A stretch of 39,082 nt of DNA from a virus (IMGVR_UViG_3300027653_000032:1-39082); one strand, 5' to 3'. Positions 9,043 through 18,448 are shown, counted from the first letter of the stretch. Made by a program: numbers and translations. Notes: a model not told the origin generated them from the letters alone.

Positions 9043-10500
9043 TCAATCGTCCGCCTTCGTAATAAGCGGAATTAATCGCTCGCCTATCGCTTCGATAACG
9101 CTAACCGTGACGGCATTGCCCGCTTGCTTATAGCGTTGACTGTCCGATATACCCGCTTGCTTGACAGCTTCATGCGTCTCGTCCGGGAATCCTTGAAGTC
9201 GCCAACATTCGAGCGGCGTTAATTTACGGATGCGATAGCGCGGTCGGACTTCTTGCTCTTCCGCAATCTTAGGCTCTCGATGGCCTCCGCCCATTGTCGT
9301 TAGAGTTGGCGGGATACCTTCCGTTGAGTACGTGCGTTTTATCGAGTCGTTTCCTTTTATGTCGACGTGACCGAGCATCTGCGGTTCGGCATAGACTATC
9401 GGCAATGAGGCTGTCTTAAAGCCTTCTGGACGCGTCGTCAACGTTGGGCATATGCCGTCTTTTAAATGTTGTCGATTGTAGGCTTGAATCATATCACCGT
9501 GGTTTTTCGCCTGTTCCGATTCATTGAATGTTTCGATTGCTTGCCGGCTCATACGCTCATTTGGATTCTTGGCTTCTAACTGTGACACCAACGTCGCCGT
9601 CTTTTCTTCGTCTAAATAATACTTCTCATCGACTTCCTTTTCGAGAATATCGCGTAATCTTGTCGTTACCTCGCCTTGTTCCGGCCAGTCGAAGTTGAAT
9701 ACGTTCGCCCATTCACCTATACGTCGCTTGCCTTTCGGAACAATCGTCTGCCCTGTCGTCGATTCTTCGCTGAACGGTTCGGCTTTTATCAAGTCCTCAC
9801 GGATAGCAACGATAAAGATTCGCTCGCGATTCTGCGGTACGCCGAAGTATTTCGAGTTTAGGACGTCGAAGTCTACCACGTAGCCGATTTCGTTTAATGT
9901 TTCGATCATCACGTCAAGCGTTCGCCCTTTATCGTGATTAACAAGTCCTTTTACGTTCTCCAAGAGCAACGCTTTCGGACGCTTTTCTTTCGCAATCCTA
10001 GCAATCTCGAAGAATAATGTGCCGCGCGTATCTTCGAAGCCTTTGCGTTTGCCCGCCACGCTGAAACTCTGGCAGGGAAAGCCACCGACAAGCAAATCGT
10101 GGTCTGGAACGTCCTTAGCGTCAATCTGCGTAATATCGCCCTCCGGCATATGTCCGTATAGTGTTTCGTAAGCCTGTGCTGCAAACTTATCAATCTCGGA
10201 TGCAAATACGCAAGTTCCTCCGAGCTTGTTTAGCGCTTGCTCAAATCCGCCTATACCACTGAATAAACTAACGTAAGTGAAATCATATTGCTCGTCTGCG
10301 CCGTATTGCTTAATTAATTCTGACAAATTATCGCTCTCCTTTTCGTTGTCATATATAATTACCTTAGTTTCCGTACCTCCCCCACCTCCCGCAGTTAATG
10401 TGGGCGAGATTCCATCAATTCTATAAACTCGCCTAATCGACTCATGACGTTTATCCCAAGGCCCACCACGCATTATAGCTCCTACTTCTAAATCGTACAT
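9043..10500 (-). CDS. C5-cytosine DNA methyltransferase, probably multispecific
   Basis: LFSGIGG (I), GFPCQ (IV), ENV (VI), QNRER (VIII), R.LTP.E..RLQGFP (IX), YKQAGNAV (X); repeated G..PTLT TRD-like units; second start TTG 10326 with AGGAG. Confidence 0.93.
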   Translation of the reverse strand: MYDLEVGAIMRGGPWDKRHESIRRVYRIDGISPTLTAGGGGGTETKVIIYDNEKESDNLSELIKQYGADEQYDFTYVSLFSGIGGFEQALNKLGGTCVFASEIDKFAAQAYETLYGHMPEGDITQIDAKDVPDHDLLVGGFPCQSFSVAGKRKGFEDTRGTLFFEIARIAKEKRPKALLLENVKGLVNHDKGRTLDVMIETLNEIGYVVDFDVLNSKYFGVPQNRERIFIVAIREDLIKAEPFSEESTTGQTIVPKGKRRIGEWANVFNFDWPEQGEVTTRLRDILEKEVDEKYYLDEEKTATLVSQLEAKNPNERMSRQAIETFNESEQAKNHGDMIQAYNRQHLKDGICPTLTTRPEGFKTASLPIVYAEPQMLGHVDIKGNDSIKRTYSTEGIPPTLTTMGGGHREPKIAEEQEVRPRYRIRKLTPLECWRLQGFPDETHEAVKQAGISDSQRYKQAGNAVTVSVIEAIGERLIPLITKADD

Positions 10501-10501
10501 A

Positions 10502-11110
10502 CTACCGCCCGCCTTTCGCTTTAATCTCGCTCATAATCTCGTCAACCTGTCTCTCTAAATCGTTTATATCGCCGTCATTTACAATCGTATAATCGACGTC
10601 AAATTTATCGACATATTGCTCGGTATCATGCGCTAAATCATCCTCGCTAAAGCTATCGCCCGCTTGCTTAGCTCGCTCTAGGCGCATTGTCTCGCTTGCC
10701 TCGACGCGTATAATAATAAAGCCGTTAGCGCGCGCCCATTTATACTCGTTAGGCTGGCGCAAGTCGTCGATAACAATGCCGGCTGTTGAGCGTCTATCCG
10801 CTTCAAAACGCGCCATCGCTTCCGCACGTCTTATCCATACTTGAGGATCAATCTCGCGCATCTTTTGTCCGATATCTTGTAGTAATCGGCGCGGCTTGCG
10901 ATATGATTCGACGTATTCGCCGCCGAACGGGCAAGGCCGTTTAATAGGCTCGTACATATGTTCGAAATAAGTATCGGCCAGTAAATTAATGCCGTCCGCG
11001 AATGATACCCGCTCGAAGTCGTATTTAAATTCAAGCTCGCGTGCTATTGTCGACTTGCCTGACCGCATCTTGCCCGTTAAAGCTATGAGCGGTATTCCGT
11101 AAGATTTCAC
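10502..11110 (-). CDS. deoxynucleoside monophosphate kinase-like P-loop protein
   Basis: GKMRSGKST Walker A, SFAD, R.LLQ.IG..MR, IDDLRQPNE. Confidence 0.85.
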   Translation of the reverse strand: MKSYGIPLIALTGKMRSGKSTIARELEFKYDFERVSFADGINLLADTYFEHMYEPIKRPCPFGGEYVESYRKPRRLLQDIGQKMREIDPQVWIRRAEAMARFEADRRSTAGIVIDDLRQPNEYKWARANGFIIIRVEASETMRLERAKQAGDSFSEDDLAHDTEQYVDKFDVDYTIVNDGDINDLERQVDEIMSEIKAKGGR

Positions 11111-11370
11111 TCTATCGCCTCCAATGCTTCGCGTGCAGTTCTACCTCTATCCCCATCTTGTATTGCGGGTTGAACAATCATTCCGAAATCTCTTTCCTTG
11201 TAGTTCCTTTCGTCTGCATAAAACTCCAACGCTTCCCGATAACGTTTGTTTTCTTCTTCCAACTCTTGCGCTCGTTCGGCTTGCTCGATGAGCCATTTAA
11301 TATCGCTTTGAGTGTACTCATCTAATGACTCCATTCTCGAATAGTATTGCTTTATCTCTTCTAAACTCAT
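11107..11370 (-). CDS. small phage protein (WLIEQAE / NKRYRE family)
   Basis: 87 aa, ATGA-coupled; SDIKWLIEQAE and EENKRYREALEFYAD. Confidence 0.75.
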   Translation of the reverse strand: MSLEEIKQYYSRMESLDEYTQSDIKWLIEQAERAQELEEENKRYREALEFYADERNYKERDFGMIVQPAIQDGDRGRTAREALEAIE

Positions 11371-11744
11371 TCCGAATCCTCCAATAACTCTAGATTTTCG
11401 TATATGTTTCCGACCACTTTCCCGTTGCGGATATATCCGCCGGTTATTACCATGCCTTCCGCATAATATCGCCCATTGTTTTTATCCCATTTGATTATCG
11501 AATTTCTTTTTGGTTGGTCAGATACTACGAATCCCACACTGAAATCATCGTGCTTAACAATATCGCCTTCATAAATCTCAAAACCGTTTTTGTCTTTTAG
11601 TCCTGTGTATTGCATCAGGATTGCATCTACTAATCTCATCTCTGGATCATCATTAACGTATACGTCACCATTTTCAGTAACGACAAAACCACTGATAAAT
11701 TGTTCATCCGACTCATCCCATGCCCTATATTTAATCTCTCTCAT
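11367..11744 (-). CDS. YopX family protein
   Basis: MREIKYRAWD, LMQYTGLKDKNG.EIYEGDIV, VVGNIYEN.ELL. Confidence 0.9.
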   Translation of the reverse strand: MREIKYRAWDESDEQFISGFVVTENGDVYVNDDPEMRLVDAILMQYTGLKDKNGFEIYEGDIVKHDDFSVGFVVSDQPKRNSIIKWDKNNGRYYAEGMVITGGYIRNGKVVGNIYENLELLEDSE

Positions 11745-12094
11745 TCCTCACCCTCCAAATAAATCAGACCTCTAATATGTCTGGCTAAGCCATAAATGTC
11801 CTCATCTGTTTCTCCTGCTTTTTCTAAAAGGTAATCAATCCTTTTTAGTAAATCGCGATAGCGTTTGTTTTTTCTGAATTCATCGATAAGCTCGTCGTTA
11901 ACTTGATTATTCTCTTTTGTGAGGATTAAATATCTCTTCCTTAATTCTTGAAATTTCTCGGCTTGTTCTTTTACATGTTCGACAAGCCATTCAAAATCTT
12001 CGTCTGGGATTGTCACCAACGGTTTAGGCGGTCTGGTTAATAATGCTGTCCTTTCCGCCTTGTATATGACTTTGTCTAATCTTTCTTTGCTCAT
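11741..12094 (-). CDS. small phage protein (NKRYR family)
   Basis: 117 aa; MSKERL, EDFEWLVE, KNKRYRDLL. Confidence 0.7.
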   Translation of the reverse strand: MSKERLDKVIYKAERTALLTRPPKPLVTIPDEDFEWLVEHVKEQAEKFQELRKRYLILTKENNQVNDELIDEFRKNKRYRDLLKRIDYLLEKAGETDEDIYGLARHIRGLIYLEGEE

Positions 12095-12279
12095 ATTCTA
12101 CCCGCTTTCCTCTCTTCCATTTCCCATTCGTACATACGTTGCTCCCATTCCATTTCTTCTTGCACCCTCATTTCGTGATGGTAACAACACTCTTCACAGC
12201 ATAATTCATTTCCTATTTTCTCCATGTTTTTTAGCTTCGTTTCTTTATTGCAAATTGCACATTTTTTTAACTCTCTCAT
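12091..12279 (-). CDS. small Cys-rich hypothetical protein
   Basis: 62 aa, CAIC...CCEECC, ATGA-coupled on both sides. Confidence 0.65.
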   Translation of the reverse strand: MRELKKCAICNKETKLKNMEKIGNELCCEECCYHHEMRVQEEMEWEQRMYEWEMEERKAGRI

Positions 12280-12500
12280 TCCTCATCCTCCAATGCTTTA
12301 TCAATAATACCTATCGCTGTATCTAATCCATCTAAATAACCATCCTCATATCCATAAGTGTTAGCGTTTCTGACGTAATTTTCTTTATATACTTGTTCTA
12401 TTATTTCTCGTGCTTCACGATAGCGTTTGTTTTGTTCTAATAACTCGGAAACATATTGCTTATTATCTTCTATCGACTTAATCCGGTCGTAATCGCTCAT
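12276..12500 (-). CDS. small phage protein (NKRYRE family)
   Basis: ATG 12500 behind AGGAGG; EQNKRYREA. Confidence 0.7.
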   Translation of the reverse strand: MSDYDRIKSIEDNKQYVSELLEQNKRYREAREIIEQVYKENYVRNANTYGYEDGYLDGLDTAIGIIDKALEDEE

Positions 12501-12511
12501 TGAATCACCTC

Positions 12512-13093
12512 CTATATCCATCTAATAACCGGCTCAGCGCCGGCTTTTCGCTTATCCCACACGAACCATGCGTAACATTGCGTAGTAGCCCACCGCTTGC
12601 CGTTTTCGTCCGTAGCCTGCCCGCCCCTCCACATCGGCTGACGATCGCTAAATACGTAAACATAAGACGGCGGATATGCGTCAAATAGCTCGCGCCTTTT
12701 CGCGCTTTCGAGCAACTGTATCCGCGCAAATATGACGACCTTCTCTCGCGCTAATTCCAACGCTCGCTCGATAAATTCTTTAGCCAGCGCGAAAGGCGGA
12801 TTCGTGATAACATTATCGAACTGTCTGCCGTAGTTATGCTCGAGAAAATCGATACCGCCCTCGCCATATCCTCGGTCGATTAAGTCGGTCGATATGATTT
12901 CGCTGTCCGGATAGTAGCGGCGCAATTCCTCGCTGATATGACCCTCGCCGCAAGCCGGCTCGAGAATGCTGCCGGATAATTCTACGCGGTCGAGAATGGC
13001 GCGGGTAGTTTCCGGCGGCGTGGCGTAATAATCGTTAGCGACGCGGCCTCTTGCGCCTGATGCTCCGGCTAAGTTTCGCCCTTTAATCGTCAT
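12512..13093 (-). CDS. small N6-adenine DNA methyltransferase-like protein
   Basis: DYYATP, LEPACGEG, IDFL, ITNPPF, YAWFVW motifs. Confidence 0.85.
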   Translation of the reverse strand: MTIKGRNLAGASGARGRVANDYYATPPETTRAILDRVELSGSILEPACGEGHISEELRRYYPDSEIISTDLIDRGYGEGGIDFLEHNYGRQFDNVITNPPFALAKEFIERALELAREKVVIFARIQLLESAKRRELFDAYPPSYVYVFSDRQPMWRGGQATDENGKRWATTQCYAWFVWDKRKAGAEPVIRWI

Positions 13094-13547
13094 TTCGAAG
13101 ATGCTCCGTCAATTCTTCCGCAAATGTTTCGATATCGGCAGCGTTCATTCTCGTTTGAATTTCGACCGCTTTGAGCCGACGATGTTGCCTCACTACTCTC
13201 GACGTTAACGTCGCAAGGATGGAAAGTATTTCGTTATATAGTTCGGCGGAATCCGCTTCTTTTTCCGTGGCACAATCGTAGCAAACTAACGCCTCATACT
13301 TGCCCACCTTTTCGAGCGATAATTCTCCGCCGCAAAATTCGCAAGCCTCGTCTTCGTCGTAAACCATTTCGAACAAATGCTCGTTATCTCGATATATTAA
13401 CCACGGTATACCTTCGTCATTATATACGTAAATTAATCCGTCTTTATTAACGACTTTATAAACCTCGCCGACTTCGAGCGGACTTTCCTCTCCGCCTAAG
13501 AATTGGACTTTATCGCCTGTTTTCAATTCCTCGCTATTTACCGTCAA
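13083..13547 (-). CDS. hypothetical protein with central zinc ribbon
   Basis: 154 aa, CEFC...CYDC, GGAGG RBS. Confidence 0.65.
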   Translation of the reverse strand: MTVNSEELKTGDKVQFLGGEESPLEVGEVYKVVNKDGLIYVYNDEGIPWLIYRDNEHLFEMVYDEDEACEFCGGELSLEKVGKYEALVCYDCATEKEADSAELYNEILSILATLTSRVVRQHRRLKAVEIQTRMNAADIETFAEELTEHLRNDD

Positions 13548-13548
13548 T

Positions 13549-14109
13549 TCAATCGCCTCCCCTTTCGATTATTTCAACCTCGGCCGCCTGCCGTCCTAAC
13601 CGCCGCGCGTCCGATTTAGTTTCGACTAATACGTCAATCCTTCGCCCCTTAATCGCTCCTCCGATATCCTGCGCCGTAGCCTCGAATTCTTGGCCGTTTT
13701 CTAGCCGCACATGGACGACGCTGCCTAGCGGAATAACGTTCGGATCAACGGCTATAATCCGCTTGCCGGCATGCCATACCGTCTGCCTGACATCGACGCC
13801 TGTTCGTGTAATTCCGCTGCAGCCTTCGCAGCGGGCGGTATAAAACGTCGCCTCGACCTCGATTAATTCTGCTTTATTCTCTGCCATATCTCCGTTAGTT
13901 TCTGCCGCGCGATTATCGACCATAGATACATGCCGAATATCTCCGCCTTTATCCTTCGCAATGGCCGGCGCCTCCTTTCGCTTGATATTCGTCTGCTTGA
14001 ACTCGACTGTTTGGGCAGGATATTCGGGCGGAGGCTTGTCGTCGGTATCGCTCGCCCCGCCACCTCCGAATAAAGCAATCGCTGATAATATCGCTATAAT
14101 AAAACGCAA
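13549..14109 (-). CDS. secreted 3D-domain (peptidoglycan lytic) protein
   Basis: N-terminal signal peptide; ATFYT..CEGCSGIT.TG, IAVDP.VIPLGS, QDIGGAIKG.RIDV with the three Asp residues. Confidence 0.9.
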   Translation of the reverse strand: MRFIIAILSAIALFGGGGASDTDDKPPPEYPAQTVEFKQTNIKRKEAPAIAKDKGGDIRHVSMVDNRAAETNGDMAENKAELIEVEATFYTARCEGCSGITRTGVDVRQTVWHAGKRIIAVDPNVIPLGSVVHVRLENGQEFEATAQDIGGAIKGRRIDVLVETKSDARRLGRQAAEVEIIERGGD

Positions 14110-14844
14110 TTAATCGCCGTCCTTTTCGTTAATCCCTGTCGAGCCAAATCCGCCCGCGCCTCGCTCGGTATCGTCTAGTTCGCCCTCGATTTCGTAAGCC
14201 TCGACGGCTGGCAGCGGCTGAATAACGAGCTGGGCTATGCGGTCGCCTTTGCGGATTAGGTACGAATTCCCCGTAACTTCGTATTCTTCTTGTATACGCT
14301 CCGCACCTCCGTCAACGGTTAACGCGTAATCAATCGTTATCCCCGGATAATCCAACGTATTGTCAACGATAACGCCAATCTCTCCGCGATAATCTTGGTC
14401 GATCGTGCCGATCTGTACCCGCAACTTCGTTTTCGCCGTCACGCCCGAGCGAGGACGGACTTGCGCCTCGTAGCCCGGGGGAAGCTCGACGGCAATGCCC
14501 GTCTTAACAACCGCCGTCTCGCCCGGTTCGATGATGACGTCCTCGCTTGCGTAAAGGTCAAAGCCGGAATCTGTCGCGTGTGCTTTCGTCGGGATGGTCG
14601 CGTCGTCGGATAGTCGTTTAAAGCCTACCCGCGGCTTTATTTTATCCGTTTCCCAGGCGTTAGCGGTCGGATTTTCGCCTTGAGATTTCTCAAGCAAATC
14701 GTCGAGCGTATATTTAGCGTCAAAATGTTCGCTCATGCTATCTTTCTCCTCCTCCTCCTCGTTTGCTAGTCGTCTCAATACGTCATAATGCCGATTTACT
14801 ATCCGGTTTAAAATCCGTTCAATCTCCTGTCTCCTCTTTGTCAT
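14110..14844 (-). CDS. dut: trimeric dUTPase
   Basis: SGFDL, RPRSG, GTIDQDYRGEI, DRIAQL, RGAGGFGSTG; true start may be ATG 14736. Confidence 0.93.
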   Translation of the reverse strand: MTKRRQEIERILNRIVNRHYDVLRRLANEEEEEKDSMSEHFDAKYTLDDLLEKSQGENPTANAWETDKIKPRVGFKRLSDDATIPTKAHATDSGFDLYASEDVIIEPGETAVVKTGIAVELPPGYEAQVRPRSGVTAKTKLRVQIGTIDQDYRGEIGVIVDNTLDYPGITIDYALTVDGGAERIQEEYEVTGNSYLIRKGDRIAQLVIQPLPAVEAYEIEGELDDTERGAGGFGSTGINEKDGD

Positions 14845-15233
14845 TCTCGCTCCTTCTTTCGCTCGTTCGGCTGTATTTCGACTACCTTGCCATAGTCGTT
14901 AAAATCCATCGCATGCCTGCCCGCTATTTCCTCGACTTCCGGGAAATGCGGTTCCCTACCGTCCGCAATGATTTCGAGCAAGCGTTTAAAATCTCGACGT
15001 ATCTTTCCGTTACGGATTTTATTTGGATGTTCTTTTCGCCTTAAATATCCGCCATTCCCTTTCGAATAATTTCGTTTCTTCATCGTCCATAACCCCCCCC
15101 CGTAATTTGCTAATTGAATCATCCCAATAGCGTCGTCTTTAATGGTTTGTTCTTCGGCATCGTAAGAAGATAAATCGTGTGCTAACCCGATTCCTAGTCG
15201 AAACTGTTCTCTCCTCCGTGAAAAGTTAATCAT
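14841..15233 (-). CDS. hypothetical protein (possibly two genes joined at a G9 tract)
   Basis: 130-aa ORF with internal ATG 15083 behind a G9 run. Confidence 0.5.
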   Translation of the reverse strand: MINFSRRREQFRLGIGLAHDLSSYDAEEQTIKDDAIGMIQLANYGGGLWTMKKRNYSKGNGGYLRRKEHPNKIRNGKIRRDFKRLLEIIADGREPHFPEVEEIAGRHAMDFNDYGKVVEIQPNERKKERE

Positions 15234-15420
15234 CTTTTGTCAAATCTTTCGCATAATACCCTTCTTCGAATTCGTCTATCTCTCCGATATACTCAACGCT
15301 CCAAGGCGCGCCGTATTCCTTCTCGGAAATCGCGTTATTTACCGCTTGAAGCGAGTGTGTCTTAGTAATTACATAACTCTCGCTTAGTTGAAACTTTCTA
15401 CGAATTTTCCATAAGTGCAT
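15226..15420 (-). CDS. hypothetical protein
   Basis: 64 aa, GGGAGG RBS. Confidence 0.65.
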   Translation of the reverse strand: MHLWKIRRKFQLSESYVITKTHSLQAVNNAISEKEYGAPWSVEYIGEIDEFEEGYYAKDLTKDD

Positions 15421-15447
15421 ATTATCCCTCCCTATATCCCTCTACTC

Positions 15448-15479
15448 TATATACCGAGTTTTATTCGTTAATTGCGACA
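15448..15479 (-). promoter_or_regulatory. putative phage-specific promoter (variant copy)
   Basis: TGTCGCA-N17-GGTATATA, resembling the elements at 25733-25778 and 32398-32443. Confidence 0.4.
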
Positions 15480-15480
15480 A

Positions 15481-15666
15481 TTATTTAAGGAATCTATCGT
15501 TCCTATGTTTTTCACGTAAACCAACGGCAACGCCGACGGTTACAAACGCGGCATAAATAACGAGCGACACAACTAACGGCAATAATACGAAAAGCCAGCT
15601 CCAATCGATAGCGCCCGTCAATTTAAGGACGATAAAGACAAGCGTTAATAACTCGAGAAAGCCCAT
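15481..15666 (-). CDS. small two-TM membrane protein
   Basis: MGFLELLTLVFIVLKLTGAIDWSWLFVLLP, a common phage membrane-protein pattern. Confidence 0.8.
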   Translation of the reverse strand: MGFLELLTLVFIVLKLTGAIDWSWLFVLLPLVVSLVIYAAFVTVGVAVGLREKHRNDRFLK

Positions 15667-15902
15667 TAATCGTTATCTCCCTTCAGACCTCTAATATAGA
15701 CACTTTTGAGACAGTCGAGACATCTATAAACGGAATAATTCCGTCCGCTGCCCGGCTCTTGATAATGCTCAAGAAATTCGCGATTATCATGCTCGCAAGC
15801 GTCTCTTATTTTCTGAATTTTTAAATTTAATCGATTATATTCCGTATAAGCGCGCCGCGCCCCATCGAGCAGCCGCCTCATACGTTTAGCATTTTCATTC
15901 AT
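15666..15902 (-). CDS. hypothetical protein with C-terminal zinc-binding motif
   Basis: ATG 15902 behind GGGGGAG; CEH...YRCLDC. Confidence 0.65.
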   Translation of the reverse strand: MNENAKRMRRLLDGARRAYTEYNRLNLKIQKIRDACEHDNREFLEHYQEPGSGRNYSVYRCLDCLKSVYIRGLKGDND

Positions 15903-15997
15903 TCTAACTCCCCCCAATCGCTTTTATTGAAATTCAATTGTCAATCGCCTGCCCGATTACTTAGGCAGGTAACCGAGCAAGGCGATTACCTTATCGT

Positions 15998-18448
15998 TTA
16001 AATTCCGCACTCTAACTGTGTCCCGCAGGTATCGCATGTGTTACATCCGCCTTGCTCCATAACGCGCCCATCGCGACAAATCGGACAAATATCGCCGACC
16101 GATGTTCCTACTTCGTTCGTCTCTTTTACTTTTGACTCGTCGTCCGGTTGCTTATCGTCTTTGCCGAGAGACAGGACCTGCGAATCTCGAGAGCCGTCGA
16201 CATAGACCGTCCCGCCTTTTGCTCCTCCGTCATATAGTCGCTCATAGATACGCTGAACATTTTCGACTGAATAGCCTTCCGGAGCGTTGACCGTTTTCGA
16301 GATCGAGCTGTCTACCCAACGCTGAATAGTCGTCTGAACGTCCGCGTGCGCTTCCGGCTCAAGCTCCATCGCTGAAACAAATTCCGGTGGTAAATTATTT
16401 GGATCGACGCCTATTTCCTCGACAATATCCGCGTTTACTTCGATAAATTCGCCTAACCGACCGCTGCGGAAATATTTAAACGCAAAGTAAGGCTCCAAGC
16501 CGGTCGATACCCCGACCATTGTGCCGGTCGAACCTGTCGGAGCTACTGTCAGCAAGTGTGAGTTCCGGATGCCGTGCTTGAGGATACCTTCGCGGATATC
16601 GCGCGGCATTCTTGCCATGTAGCCGGACGAAATAAAGTTGCGACGTCTTTCCGCCGTATGCTTATCGTTGTCGAAGTCAGGTAAAGGGATTCGCGATTCT
16701 AAAAATGGAAAGCTACCTTTCTCCTTTGCTAGTTCTATTGATGTGCGGTATGCCGTTGTTGCTATAGTCTTAAAAACTTCGTCTACGAGCTTATTTGCCG
16801 ATTCGCTGCCATAGACCTCTCCGCAATATATAAGCAAATCATGCAGGCCCATAACGCCCAAGCCTAGCCTACGCTCGCCTAACGCTTGTTTGCGGTTTTC
16901 TTCTAAAAAATATGGAGTAGCATCAATTACGTTGTCCATTAAACGGACGCCCGTTCTCACCGTTTTCTTTAACTTATCGTAGTCTACCGTCTTATTTTCT
17001 TTATCCGCCATATTTGCGAGATTAATAGCCGCTAAGTTACAGACGGAATAAGGTGCTAAAGGTTGCTCACCGCATGGATTAGTTGCGACTACTTTGTCTC
17101 CGTAAGCGATAGCGTTCGTCATATCGTTAGCTGTATCAATGAAGAATACGCCCGGCTCTGCCGAATAAGTCGCACATACGTTAATTAAATTCCACAGCTC
17201 TCTCGCCCGGATTTTGCGGTATGTTTTAACCGCCATGCCCGTCGCTTCCCATTCTCGGACATCCCCGTATTCGTGCCAACTTGCGTTATAAGTCGCCATA
17301 TCCTGCTCGCAATAGTTTTCGACGTCGGGGAAGCGTAGCTCGTATTCTTCGTCATTTTCTACCGCTTGCATGAATTCGTCCGTGATTGCTACGGATATAT
17401 TGGCGCCGGTCAAGAAGTCCGGATTATGGACGGAGTAGCGTCCGCCATCTTCGAGCAGGTCAAGCGCGTACTTAGTTATCTTTTTCAAATCCGAATATTG
17501 GGCCGCGTATCCTAAAGCAATCCGCTCGTGATCGTCTAAAGGCTCGAATTTCAGTTTTTCTTGCGCAATTCGTTTAATCTGCTCGTCCTTCGTCGTATTA
17601 ATGATATGGCGTAAGATATTCGGATTCTGCATTTTCGAGATAATAAATTCGATAATATCCGGATGCCAGTCCGCTAACATAATCATTTGCGCGCCTCGCC
17701 TGCTTCCGCCCTGCTCGACTAGATGCGTTAATTGGGCGATATCATTAAGCCAGCTGACCGCTCCGGACGATTTACCGTTGACGCCTCGAGCGAGTGTGTT
17801 ACGAGGCCTTAACGTTGACCCGTTCGTTCCCACGCCTCCGCCTCGGCTCATTATCTCCATAACCTCGCCTCGGTGTTCGGCGATGCCTTCGCGGGAATCT
17901 TTCGGGAACGGCATGACATAGCAATTAAAGAACGTAACGTCCGTATCACTGCCGGCCCCATACAGTACCCGTCCGGCGGGAACGAAATTAAGCGATGATA
18001 ATTCGTGATAAAATTCGTTCAATACTTCCGCCTGCTTACTCGAATCTTCCTCGACTTCCGCAAGCCCTGCCGCCACCCGCGCGGCAATCTGCTCGTAATA
18101 TAATTCGAGAGGCTTGTCGATTTCGTCGATAGAGACCTCGATTTCTTCCGCGCCGGCCGTTCCGACATATTCCTCGTCAATCTTGACAGTCACTTTATCG
18201 TCTTTGATTTCGGACACATAGCCGATGCCCCGCGCAGGAAATACCGGATCGTATTTAACGGTTAAAAGCACTAAGTCGCCTATTCCTAGCGTTTTCTTTT
18301 CCGTATCCTTAAAAGAGTACCGGTCAAGCATAACGAGCCTAGAAACGCCTTCAAACCGCTTTTTCATGCCCGCCTCAATCGGATTAACTTGCGGGAAATT
18401 CCGAATATCTCCGTTCAATTTTTCGATTAATTTTTCGTCATAACTCAT
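15998..18448 (-). CDS. nrdJ: class II (adenosylcobalamin-dependent) ribonucleotide reductase
   Basis: PAGRVL, FNCYV, GGGVG, GGSRRGA, TNPCGEQ, CNL, VAPTGS, DSSISKTVN, C-terminal Cys cluster; no beta-subunit gene adjacent. Confidence 0.9.
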   Translation of the reverse strand: MSYDEKLIEKLNGDIRNFPQVNPIEAGMKKRFEGVSRLVMLDRYSFKDTEKKTLGIGDLVLLTVKYDPVFPARGIGYVSEIKDDKVTVKIDEEYVGTAGAEEIEVSIDEIDKPLELYYEQIAARVAAGLAEVEEDSSKQAEVLNEFYHELSSLNFVPAGRVLYGAGSDTDVTFFNCYVMPFPKDSREGIAEHRGEVMEIMSRGGGVGTNGSTLRPRNTLARGVNGKSSGAVSWLNDIAQLTHLVEQGGSRRGAQMIMLADWHPDIIEFIISKMQNPNILRHIINTTKDEQIKRIAQEKLKFEPLDDHERIALGYAAQYSDLKKITKYALDLLEDGGRYSVHNPDFLTGANISVAITDEFMQAVENDEEYELRFPDVENYCEQDMATYNASWHEYGDVREWEATGMAVKTYRKIRARELWNLINVCATYSAEPGVFFIDTANDMTNAIAYGDKVVATNPCGEQPLAPYSVCNLAAINLANMADKENKTVDYDKLKKTVRTGVRLMDNVIDATPYFLEENRKQALGERRLGLGVMGLHDLLIYCGEVYGSESANKLVDEVFKTIATTAYRTSIELAKEKGSFPFLESRIPLPDFDNDKHTAERRRNFISSGYMARMPRDIREGILKHGIRNSHLLTVAPTGSTGTMVGVSTGLEPYFAFKYFRSGRLGEFIEVNADIVEEIGVDPNNLPPEFVSAMELEPEAHADVQTTIQRWVDSSISKTVNAPEGYSVENVQRIYERLYDGGAKGGTVYVDGSRDSQVLSLGKDDKQPDDESKVKETNEVGTSVGDICPICRDGRVMEQGGCNTCDTCGTQLECGI

